From Faecousia sp. (lineage in GTDB: Bacteria > Bacillota > Clostridia > Oscillospirales > Oscillospiraceae): DNA of 64,000 nucleotides. A program made the position numbers and the translations under genes. The notes under the pieces are model-generated. The model ran no database searches. It was given only the letters and a program-made list of their open reading frames with translations, and had not been told where the DNA came from. Of this stretch, positions 55,588 through 64,000 are shown piece by piece. Location of the stretch: the NCBI GenBank assembly GCA_045606145.1, contig JAZURG010000204.1:10472-74471 (forward strand), in the 5' to 3' direction. Position 1 is the stretch's first letter; each line of letters begins with the position of its first letter.

Positions 55588-56585
55588 GAGCTGTATTTGT
55601 ATGTGAAAATGATTACTGGATCGGGCAGGTGTTCGACAGAGAAGCGCGCAAAGCCATTGGCAATGTTGCGAAACTGGATGAAACCGTCTATCATAAAAGC
55701 GATCTTCTGGGATCGCCCGAGCGGTTTGCGGATGTGGAGATCATCTTTTCCACATGGGGCATGCCCCAACTGACAGAGGAAGAGATCCATCGTTGTCTGC
55801 CCAGACTCAAGTGCCTGTTTTACGGCGCGGGAAGTGTACAGTCTTTCGCAAGACCCTTTCTTGCTCATGGCGTAAAGGTCTTTTCCGCATGGGCGGCCAA
55901 TGCCGTTCCCGTGGCGGAGCTGACGGTTGCGCAGATCATTCTTGCCAATAAGGGATACTTTCTTTCCAACCGCCTCTACCATACCCAGGGAAGAGACGCT
56001 GCCCATGCCGCGTTCCGTCAATGCAGGGGCAATTACGGCCAGACTGTGGGCATTATCGGCGCGGGTATGATCGGCCGCCTTGTGATCCAAATGCTGAAGC
56101 AGTACCACTTGCGGGTGGTGGTTTTCGACCCATTCCTGCCCGAGGAAAAGGCGGCAGAGCTGGGTGTGGAAAAGTGCGGGCTTCCCACGCTCTTTGAGGA
56201 AGCCTTTGTGGTATCCAACCATCTGGCAAACAATGCCCAAACAAAGGGTATGCTCCACTATGGTCTGTTTTCCCGTATGCAGGAAAATGCTGTGTTTATC
56301 AACACAGGACGGGGCGCACAGGTGGTGGAAGAGGACCTTGTGCGTGTGCTGCGGGAGCGTCCCGATCTGACGGCGCTTCTGGATGTTACGTATCCCGAAC
56401 CTCCGGTGGAGGGTCATCCTTTCTACACCCTTCCTAACTGCCTGCTGACCCCCCATATTGCGGGAAGTGCCGGTGACGAGGTGGCCCGGATGGGTATGTA
56501 TATGGCAGACGAGTGCAAGGCCTGTCTTGCGGGTGCTCCTTGCCAGTATGAGGTCACAGAAAAAATGCTGGAAACTATGGCATAA
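55584..56585 (+). CDS. D-2-hydroxyacid dehydrogenase family
   Basis: ATGA overlap start; NAVPVAE, GIIGAGMIG, INTGRG, LDVT.PEP, TPHIAG. Confidence 0.92.
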   Translation: MRAVFVCENDYWIGQVFDREARKAIGNVAKLDETVYHKSDLLGSPERFADVEIIFSTWGMPQLTEEEIHRCLPRLKCLFYGAGSVQSFARPFLAHGVKVFSAWAANAVPVAELTVAQIILANKGYFLSNRLYHTQGRDAAHAAFRQCRGNYGQTVGIIGAGMIGRLVIQMLKQYHLRVVVFDPFLPEEKAAELGVEKCGLPTLFEEAFVVSNHLANNAQTKGMLHYGLFSRMQENAVFINTGRGAQVVEEDLVRVLRERPDLTALLDVTYPEPPVEGHPFYTLPNCLLTPHIAGSAGDEVARMGMYMADECKACLAGAPCQYEVTEKMLETMA

Positions 56586-56741
56586 ATACAGGAAAAACCT
56601 ATAAGCGTGACACCTTTATGAATGAAACAGGAGTGTGACATCCGATGTTAGATCTTTCCAGACATTCCTACTTTGAAGTTTACACACGCTTGAAAAGAAA
56701 TGCTTTCAAAAAAAAGAAGCAAGAACTGTGAGGAATCTGTA

Positions 56742-58946
56742 ATGACACAGGAATACTTTTTTAAAAACGCAAAGTGGGTAGGTGCGCCGGAGCGCACGCC
56801 GGAAACATTTTCGGTTTTGCGTGGACACTTTCATGCCGACGGGGCAAACCGGGCAATGCTTAATGTTCTGGGTTTGGGATTTTTCAAGTGCTATATCAAT
56901 GGTCACTGCATAAACCCCGACACCTTTTTGCCGCTGTCTTCTGAGTATGAGCCGGGATGCGATCCCAAGGACGAGGTGCTGGCGGGGCATCGGATATATG
57001 TACCGCAGTTTGACATTACCTCCTATATTCAGCCGGGTGACAACGTGATCGCCATCCATTACGGCGGCGGCTGGTATACCTTTGAGAAGCGTGTGTTTGG
57101 CTTGCCCAAGGCAATTTACTGCATAACAGCGCAGTCCGATGAGGGAACCCGGTACTATGTATCTGACGAACAATGCCGTGTGGGCCAAAGCTATATTGCA
57201 GATTATGCGCTTACCAGCCATGAAACCCATGACTATAGCGCCGATGCTTGCTGCGTCGATGCCGATTACGACGACAGCCACTGGGAAACGGCGGTTTTAA
57301 CGGAGCAGCTGGACACCGAATACTGCACAACGACCTGCCCCTGTGATGCGGTGATCGAGCAACTGCCCCTTGAGACGGTCGGCAAAGGCGAAGTGGGTAT
57401 CGTATACGATTGCGGGCAAAACACAACAGGCTTCCCTGTGCTGGAGGTCAATGCCTCCGCGGGAGAGAAGGTTTCCGTGTTTTTCTCGGAAGAACTGCTG
57501 CCCGACGGAACGATAGATAAGCAGCATGCCCACGGGCAGGTTTTTACGGTCATCTCTGACGGCCAAAAGCGGCTGGTCCAGCCGGAATTTACCTGGTACG
57601 GGTTCCGCTGCTTTGAAGTGGTGGGCAACGCTGTGCCGCAATGCGTCAAGGTCGTCCATGCGAACATTCCTGTTTCGTCGACCTTTGACTGCGACAATGA
57701 AACGCTCAACTGGATCTATCACACTTTTGTCCACACTATGCTTTGCAATATGCATATCGGCCATCCCTCTGACTGTCCCCACGCTGAGCGCAGAGGGTAT
57801 ACCGGTGACGGTCAGCTTACCTGCCACGCTGCGTTGTCAACACTGGACAGCAGGGCTTTCTATGAAAAATGGCTGCAGGATATCGCTGACAGTCAGGATG
57901 TTTTAAGCGGACACATTCAGTACACCGCGCCCTATATCCGCAGCGGCGGCGGTCCCGGCGGCTGGGGCTGCGCCATCGTAGAAGTGCCGTATCAGTTGTA
58001 CCGGCATTATGGCGATCCTAAGATACTGTCTAAGTATTATCATAATATGAGGCGCTATATTGACTACCTGGAATCTCATTCGGAGTTTGGTCTTGTCACC
58101 TCCGACAAAGAGGGAGAATGGTGCCTCGGAGATTGGTGCGGGCCTGTCATCCTGTATCCGGAAAAGGATATAACCAGTCACGATCAACAGGTCTTCCTGC
58201 CTGCGCCCATGGTCAATACCTACTTTATGGCCAAGTCCTTGGACCGGCTCTGCGAGATCGCGGCGATCATCGGAAAAAAGGAAGATATTTCCCAATACAA
58301 GGAAAAAGCAGTTTCTTGCAGAAAGGCGATCCAAGCGGCCTATTTTAATACCTTTGACGGCAATTTTGTTATGAATGTGCAGGGTGCCAACGCTTATGCG
58401 GTGGATATTGGATTGGGAAATCAGCGAACCTACTCCAATATGGTGGATTACTACCAAAAGCTGGGATACTACGATACCGGTATCTTCGCAACCGATATAC
58501 TGACCCGCGTTCTATTTGAGCGCGGTGACGCGGCGCTGGCGGTAGCGCTTCTGACCAATAACGGACAGCAAGGCTTTGAACATTGGCGGCAGATGGGGGC
58601 TACGACCTTCCATGAGTATTGGGACAGCGGGCGCAGCCGCTCCCATAACCATCCGATGTTCGGTGCTGTGGTTGGGTATCTGTTTGAATATCTTTTGGGC
58701 ATTCGGCAAAAACCGGATACCGCGGGGTATTGCGATCTTGTGATCGAACCCCAGGCATTGCCTCTGTTTGAGCGGATGTCCGGCAGTATGCAAGTACCCG
58801 GCGGAACAGTGGCGGTCAGCTATCATAAGAGCGCTGCCGGCATTGCTTGCAAAATAACGATTCCCGCAAACACAGAAGCGGTCTTCCGCTATGGCGGACG
58901 GGAATACAAGCTCACACAGGGTGAGAATGTATTGACGCTCGCGTAA
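56742..58946 (+). CDS. Alpha-L-rhamnosidase (GH78)
   Basis: DCGQN..G, FTWYGFR, SDCPHAERRGYTGD, LGDW, GATTFHEYW, SHNHPMFG. Confidence 0.92.
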   Translation: MTQEYFFKNAKWVGAPERTPETFSVLRGHFHADGANRAMLNVLGLGFFKCYINGHCINPDTFLPLSSEYEPGCDPKDEVLAGHRIYVPQFDITSYIQPGDNVIAIHYGGGWYTFEKRVFGLPKAIYCITAQSDEGTRYYVSDEQCRVGQSYIADYALTSHETHDYSADACCVDADYDDSHWETAVLTEQLDTEYCTTTCPCDAVIEQLPLETVGKGEVGIVYDCGQNTTGFPVLEVNASAGEKVSVFFSEELLPDGTIDKQHAHGQVFTVISDGQKRLVQPEFTWYGFRCFEVVGNAVPQCVKVVHANIPVSSTFDCDNETLNWIYHTFVHTMLCNMHIGHPSDCPHAERRGYTGDGQLTCHAALSTLDSRAFYEKWLQDIADSQDVLSGHIQYTAPYIRSGGGPGGWGCAIVEVPYQLYRHYGDPKILSKYYHNMRRYIDYLESHSEFGLVTSDKEGEWCLGDWCGPVILYPEKDITSHDQQVFLPAPMVNTYFMAKSLDRLCEIAAIIGKKEDISQYKEKAVSCRKAIQAAYFNTFDGNFVMNVQGANAYAVDIGLGNQRTYSNMVDYYQKLGYYDTGIFATDILTRVLFERGDAALAVALLTNNGQQGFEHWRQMGATTFHEYWDSGRSRSHNHPMFGAVVGYLFEYLLGIRQKPDTAGYCDLVIEPQALPLFERMSGSMQVPGGTVAVSYHKSAAGIACKITIPANTEAVFRYGGREYKLTQGENVLTLA

Positions 58947-59246
58947 TATTTACACCGGACAACACAAAAAACCGATATCGACACGGAAACAGCTGCGCGA
59001 TATGCACCCCCAATACCGGACAGCCGGTGTCGGGGGTGCATATTACGGTTTTTGGGCCTTTTGCGATATTGCCGATGGGTGAGGAACCAAGTGCCGCCGG
59101 GGACGGGAGCGGCAATAGCGGGAAGACTTGAACAAAATTCTAGATCTATACGCTTTATCACAAACAGTGACCATTGAAAAAAGCGGAATCCATGCTATAA
59201 TGCTGAAAGATAGAAATAATGGTTATGATTTTCCGGAGGTGCCTTT

Positions 59247-60341
59247 ATGGATTATCTGCAAAAACTGCGTTACCACTATAAGCCTCAAAAAGGATGGATC
59301 AACGATCCCAACGGTCTTGTTTACTTTAAAGGTTATTACCATGTTTTTTACCAGCATGCCCCTGATTTTGAAACACCCTGGAATCAGCCGATGCATTGGG
59401 GACACGCCAGAACCAAGGACTTTCTCAACTGGGAAGAGCTGCCTGTTGCCCTGTACCCCGACCAGACCTATGATGATAACGGCTGCTGGTCCGGAACGGC
59501 GGTGGTAAAAGGGGATACCTTATACCTTTTCTATGCGTCCATTCATGGAGAGGAAAAGGAACAGTCGGTCAGTGTGGCCTATTCGACCGACGGAATCCAT
59601 TTTGAAAAGTATGCCGGCAATCCTGTGATCGGCGGTTATCCTGCCGATGGCTGCCCGGATTTCCGCGATCCTGCTGTTTGCTGTATCGATGGGCAGTATT
59701 ACTGCGTTATGGCATCGGGCAATCCGGAAGCCAAGGCGGCACGGCTGCTGCTGTATAAGAGCGAAAATCTTTTCAATTGGGAATACGCGGGCATTATGTG
59801 TGAATGGGAAAACTGCAAATACGCAGAATGTCCCTCATTTATGCCGGCGGAGAACGGCCTTTATTTACTTACAGCATCAGTACTGCGGCTTAGCCTGTAT
59901 CCCTACTTCTCAGTTATGTACGGTGAATTCCGGAACGGACGGTTCACGATCAAACACACGGCAGAGATCGACAAAGGCCCCGACCAATACGCGGGCTTGG
60001 TGTTCCGAGATCATCTGAAGAGAAATATCCTGATCAGCTGGATCCCCGGCTGGCGGTACAACGGATACGCGGAAAAAGATGTGGGCTGCCTGTCTGTTCC
60101 CCGGGAATTAAAGTACGTAGACGGAAAGGTCATTGGCTTTCCTGTAAAGGAAGTGCAGCATTTACTGAAGGATACCGATCCTGCTGTCAAACGCACGCCG
60201 ACCGGCTTTGTCATCGAACGCCAAGGCAGAGAGCCTGTGGTATATGAGGGCGAAATATCCGACCTGAAGATCCTTCGCGACGGATACATAATCGAGGTTT
60301 TTGTCAACGGCGGCGAAGAGATTTATTCTGCATTGCTGTGA
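59247..60341 (+). CDS. Glycoside hydrolase family 32 (beta-fructofuranosidase-like)
   Basis: WINDPNG, WGHA, WSG, FRDP, ECP motifs; short C-terminal domain. Confidence 0.93.
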   Translation: MDYLQKLRYHYKPQKGWINDPNGLVYFKGYYHVFYQHAPDFETPWNQPMHWGHARTKDFLNWEELPVALYPDQTYDDNGCWSGTAVVKGDTLYLFYASIHGEEKEQSVSVAYSTDGIHFEKYAGNPVIGGYPADGCPDFRDPAVCCIDGQYYCVMASGNPEAKAARLLLYKSENLFNWEYAGIMCEWENCKYAECPSFMPAENGLYLLTASVLRLSLYPYFSVMYGEFRNGRFTIKHTAEIDKGPDQYAGLVFRDHLKRNILISWIPGWRYNGYAEKDVGCLSVPRELKYVDGKVIGFPVKEVQHLLKDTDPAVKRTPTGFVIERQGREPVVYEGEISDLKILRDGYIIEVFVNGGEEIYSALL

Positions 60342-60462
60342 CCGCTTAACAGGTGTAGGCAGATCATATGCGCTGCTTGGCGCAGGACATATCTGCATCT
60401 GAAGATAACGGGAAGAGCTGAGCGCTATACTCAAGAAAAACATAAGAAGGTGCGGCAGGTTT

Positions 60463-61188
60463 ATGAATATAAAGGCGATTATTTTTGATAAAGACGGGAC
60501 CTTGCTTGATTTTGATGCTTTCTGGGTAACGGTCTGTGTGAAAGCCATTGAAGATGTACTCGTGCAGTTTGGAAAACAAGACGTGCCAGTAGACAAGATC
60601 CTTGCGTCCTTGGGTGTCCATAACGGCGTTACAGATATCAACGGCGTTTTGTGCAAGGGCACCTATCAGCAGATCGGCCGAATCGTATATGATACTTTGC
60701 AAAGCTACGGCTGCAGCGCTTCCTGCGAGACAGTTACCACCGCTGTCACGGATGCTTTCAACAAAAACGCGGACGCGGGCGAGATCAAGCCTACCTGTCC
60801 GAATCTTGCGCAGGTCTTGACCCTGCTGAAAAAACGGAACATAAGACTTGCCGTTGTTACTACGGATAACCAGGAGATCACCGAAAAATGCCTGAAAGCA
60901 CTGGGGATCTACGGGCTTTTCGACCGGATATATACCGACGACGGTGAGACTCCCACAAAACCGGACCCCTATTGCGCACTGGACTTTTTAAAGCTGACCG
61001 GACTGGAAAAGGATGAACTGCTCATGGTCGGAGATACCATGACTGATATGGTATTTGCGAAAAATGCCGGGATCTCTTCCGTTGGCATTGCCAAGAGCGA
61101 AGCAAACAGACAGCTTCTCATGCCACATGCCAGTGAAGTGATTTCCGATATGACCAGCCTTCTGGATATGCTGGGATCAGGAGTTTAA
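60463..61188 (+). CDS. HAD-family hydrolase
   Basis: IFDKDGTL, KPDP, VGDT..D. Confidence 0.92.
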   Translation: MNIKAIIFDKDGTLLDFDAFWVTVCVKAIEDVLVQFGKQDVPVDKILASLGVHNGVTDINGVLCKGTYQQIGRIVYDTLQSYGCSASCETVTTAVTDAFNKNADAGEIKPTCPNLAQVLTLLKKRNIRLAVVTTDNQEITEKCLKALGIYGLFDRIYTDDGETPTKPDPYCALDFLKLTGLEKDELLMVGDTMTDMVFAKNAGISSVGIAKSEANRQLLMPHASEVISDMTSLLDMLGSGV

Positions 61189-61189
61189 T

Positions 61190-62143
61190 ATGCTTACGGG
61201 CATTTTAGCGGGCATTGCCTGGGCACTGGAAACGGTAGTTCTGGGGATCGCCCTGAGCATGTCGCCTTTTGCCTCGAGCCGGCTGGCAGTGCTTCTGGCA
61301 CCCTTTGTGGGAACATTCCTGCATGATGTTTTTTCTGCTCTCTGCATTTTTTTGTATAATGGGCTGAAAGGAAATCTGAAACATCTGACGGGGATCTTCA
61401 AAACAAAGGACTTTAAATGGCTTGTTTTGGCATCCTGCATCGGTGGACCTGTGGGTATGACGGGATACGTTTTGGCGGTTAACAATATGGGTGCCTCAGT
61501 GGGCGCTGTTACCAGTGCTGTCTATCCTGCCATCGGCACGGTGCTGGCATTCTTTCTGCTGAAGGAAAAGGTCAAATGGTATCAGTGGATCTTTTTGATC
61601 TTTACCCTGCTGGGGGTTTACGGCTTAAGCTATTCTCCGTCCGTCAATGTTGAAAATTTCTGGCTGGGATTGCTTGGCGCGTTTCTGTGTGCCTTTGGTT
61701 GGGGGATCGAAGCGGTAATACTGGCAAAATGCCTCAAGAACCCTGAAATCAAAAACGAATGTGCGTTAGCCGTGCGGCAAACGACTTCCGCCTTGGTATA
61801 TGGCATCATGATCCTCCCAATCCTCGGCGGCTGGAATTTCACCGCTGCGCTTTTTGCGGGAGACACCGGAATGCTGCTGCCCACCATCGCCGCGGCGGCA
61901 CTCTGCGCAACCGTTTCTTATCTTTTTTACTACAAAACCATTGCCAAGGTAGGGGCGGCGAAAGCAATGGCATTAAACATTACCTACACCGCGTGGGCCA
62001 TTGTCTTTACCGTTGTGATACGGGGGGACTTCAGTGTTCTGAACCCAACGACGCTCCTTTGCGCCGGAGTTGTTGTGGTGTGCGGCATTTTCGCCGCGGC
62101 AGATATGAAGACGCTTTTCTCAAAATACAAGAAGCACGAGTGA
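61190..62143 (+). CDS. DMT/EamA-family transporter (LicB-like)
   Basis: About 10 TMs; GGPVGMTGY, YPAIG..LA...LKE, LNITY. Confidence 0.85.
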   Translation: MLTGILAGIAWALETVVLGIALSMSPFASSRLAVLLAPFVGTFLHDVFSALCIFLYNGLKGNLKHLTGIFKTKDFKWLVLASCIGGPVGMTGYVLAVNNMGASVGAVTSAVYPAIGTVLAFFLLKEKVKWYQWIFLIFTLLGVYGLSYSPSVNVENFWLGLLGAFLCAFGWGIEAVILAKCLKNPEIKNECALAVRQTTSALVYGIMILPILGGWNFTAALFAGDTGMLLPTIAAAALCATVSYLFYYKTIAKVGAAKAMALNITYTAWAIVFTVVIRGDFSVLNPTTLLCAGVVVVCGIFAAADMKTLFSKYKKHE

Positions 62144-62172
62144 TTCTGATATTCTAAAGTGAGGTAAAAACT

Positions 62173-63381
62173 ATGATTTCTTTCAACCGTTTTCTCGCTA
62201 CAACCCCCCGGGTGGCGTATTTCCCCGAATTTGACAGCACAGGGGAATATAAGGGCTTTGACTTGAAGGGCATACAGGCCATCGCTTATGACGGCGCTGA
62301 TTACAAAGGACAGCGCACAAAAGTGTTTGCCCATATTGGTTTCCCTGAGAATATGACGGAGCCTGTCCCTGCGGTGGTTCTTGTACATGGCGGCGGCGGA
62401 CATCCGGAGGATATCTGGATCAAAAGGTGGAACGACAGAGGGTATGGGGCCATCGCTATGGATACCACCGGATATTTTCCCACAGAACCGACACCGCATC
62501 TGTACGGCGATTTCGCGGCAACGCTGAAGCGGGAACTGGTTACTCCCTTTGCGGAAGAAGGCTATACTGTTGGCCCCGACAACAGCGGCATGGGTGACTG
62601 GATGCTGCCGGCTGGGGATCAGTGGATGTACCAGGCGGTCGCTGCGGTTATTCTGGCCCACAACATTCTGCGCAATGATCCCCGGGTGGATCCCAACCGA
62701 ATTGGCATCAGCGGCATATCCTGGGGTGGTGTGATCACTTCCATCGCCATTGGCTATGATACCCGTTTTGCCTTTGCCGTTCCCATATACGGCTGTGGAT
62801 ATATGGGCTGCGGCTATGCGGATCTAAGCAATCGGTTCAGACAGCCGGGCGTTCAAAAATGGTTCGCGGAAAAACGGTTTTCCAAGGTCAAGATGCCGGT
62901 TATGTGGCTGTCGTGGAATGATGATCCCAATTTTTCTGCCAACATCAGTGCCATGTCCTATCTGGATACAAAAGGGAATAACCCCAACACCTGCCTTTCT
63001 CTGCACCACAGAATGTGGCACTCTCATGAGTACGGTTACACGCCGGAGGAAAGCTACTGGTTCGCTGATGAAGTTTTAAAAGGCAACCGGATCCCAGATG
63101 TCAAGGCTGATTATTCGGAAGGTAACGTATCCTACTGCTGTACGGGAAAGATCAAGCGCGCTCGGCTGTTTTACATAGATGAGAAAATGACCTACATCAA
63201 AAGAAGCAAATACAGTGAAGTGTACGCAGATGTAGAGCTTTCCTTTTTGAAGCAGGATTGGCAGATCCTAGATCTGCCACCTACAGAAACAGCGGCAGAG
63301 CTTCCCGGCGATGCTGTTGGTAAATACGTGGAGTTTACCCTTGAAAACGGGATTATTTTGACAACGCCCTATGCGCAATGA
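62173..63381 (+). CDS. Alpha/beta-hydrolase (carbohydrate esterase-like)
   Basis: PAVVLVHGGGG, GISWGG nucleophile elbow. Confidence 0.85.
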   Translation: MISFNRFLATTPRVAYFPEFDSTGEYKGFDLKGIQAIAYDGADYKGQRTKVFAHIGFPENMTEPVPAVVLVHGGGGHPEDIWIKRWNDRGYGAIAMDTTGYFPTEPTPHLYGDFAATLKRELVTPFAEEGYTVGPDNSGMGDWMLPAGDQWMYQAVAAVILAHNILRNDPRVDPNRIGISGISWGGVITSIAIGYDTRFAFAVPIYGCGYMGCGYADLSNRFRQPGVQKWFAEKRFSKVKMPVMWLSWNDDPNFSANISAMSYLDTKGNNPNTCLSLHHRMWHSHEYGYTPEESYWFADEVLKGNRIPDVKADYSEGNVSYCCTGKIKRARLFYIDEKMTYIKRSKYSEVYADVELSFLKQDWQILDLPPTETAAELPGDAVGKYVEFTLENGIILTTPYAQ

Positions 63382-63395
63382 GAGCGGTATATTTT

Positions 63396-63459
63396 ATGGT
63401 TCTATAATAAATGTTGGGGTCAGGCGATGAGCCTGACCCCGTTGTCATAAGGTTCTATA
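63396..63459. repeat. Second copy of the 29-bp repeat plus hairpin
   Basis: ATGGTTCTATAATAAATGTTGGGGTCAGG identical to 50096-50124; GGGGTCAGGC-GATGA-GCCTGACCCC hairpin; further AAGGTTCTATA. Confidence 0.88.
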
Positions 63460-63507
63460 TCAATAGTTAAGGTAGAAACAAAATAAATGAAACAGCGCCT
63501 TTGTACA

Positions 63508-64000
63508 TTATAGCTGGTCGATATTCAGACTGAAGGGTTCCAGACAGTTGTCCATGAACCATTGCAGCTCCGGCAGGTTCGTAGACCTCAGCGATTCCAG
63601 AGTCTGAACCAGAGCGGTATCAAACTCTGAGTTGCCGGCCTTTTGCTCTTCCACGCATTTGATATAAGCGGAAAGCTTGTCGGCGGCCTTGACAATCGGC
63701 AACACATCCCGGTCATCTTCCAGAATCAGATGCCTGTAGCTTTCCACCAGTTCAGCGGGCAGCATATCTAGAAGCCGCTGCGCTGCCACCCGCTCTACCT
63801 GCTTGTAGGAAGCCATGATATCGGGGTTATAGTATTTGATGGGTGTGGGAAGATCACCGGTGAGGGTCTCGGACGCGTCGTGGTACAGTGCCGCAACGGC
63901 GCAGCGGTCCGGATCCGGACCCGGCAGATGCAGGATATCCCGGCGGATCAAGGCCAGCGCGTGGGACAGCACGGCCACCTGGTGGGAGTGTTCTTGAATG
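63508..64000 (-). CDS. yfbR: 5'-deoxynucleotidase (HD domain), N-terminus outside window
   Basis: IQEHSHQVAVLSHAL, YHDASE.LTGDLPTPIKY, VKAADKLSAYIKC.EE..GN.EF. Confidence 0.92.
   Translation of the reverse strand, partial: IQEHSHQVAVLSHALALIRRDILHLPGPDPDRCAVAALYHDASETLTGDLPTPIKYYNPDIMASYKQVERVAAQRLLDMLPAELVESYRHLILEDDRDVLPIVKAADKLSAYIKCVEEQKAGNSEFDTALVQTLESLRSTNLPELQWFMDNCLEPFSLNIDQL

Noticed and set aside
58950-59130. Possible riboswitch or ncRNA between GH78 and GH32
   Set aside because: Hairpins are present but I recognise no conserved aptamer motif; cannot be supported without an Rfam scan.

Overview
Chromosomal window from an anaerobic Firmicute, most likely Clostridia/Oscillospiraceae-like (inferred from gene content, codon style and repeat types). 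Layout: (1) 1-5.7 kb: partial GH13 glycosidase, tRNA-Leu(TAA) followed by tandem copies of a structured repeat, an ADP-ribosyltransferase-like orphan, a Cthe_2159-type lipoprotein and an acyltransferase. (2) 5.8-48.1 kb: a surface-polysaccharide super-locus. It has a minus-strand operon of 18 genes (GT2/GT4, Stealth phosphotransferase, pyruvyl transferases, Wzm/Wzt, EpsG polymerase), a plus-strand ABC transporter/S26 peptidase/CpsB/2x fused Wzz-BY-kinase operon, and a 2617-aa secreted metallophosphoesterase-VWA-Ig protein. Interleaved with these is a RiPP-like module: an 83-aa Cys-containing precursor with a YxxP leader and C-terminal Ser, an HPr-kinase-like protein, a radical SAM/SPASM enzyme, a PqqD/RRE protein and a nucleotidyltransferase, but no lasso cyclase. 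(3) 48.3-50.1 kb: initiator tRNA-Met plus a low-GC cargo gene bracketed by a degenerate duplicate of the tRNA 3' end. (4) 50.1-63.4 kb: an AraC-associated redox/sugar catabolic block (OYE, SDR, flavoprotein, TIM-barrel, 2-hydroxyacid dehydrogenase, GH78, GH32, HAD, DMT, esterase) bounded by an identical 29-bp repeat, then partial yfbR. Top candidates for novelty: the polysaccharide-embedded, lasso-like radical-SAM RiPP system, and a 100-bp three-hairpin element present at both tRNA loci with compensatory base changes and ends matching the neighbouring tRNA T-arm. All protein calls are by motif recognition only; no database searches were run.
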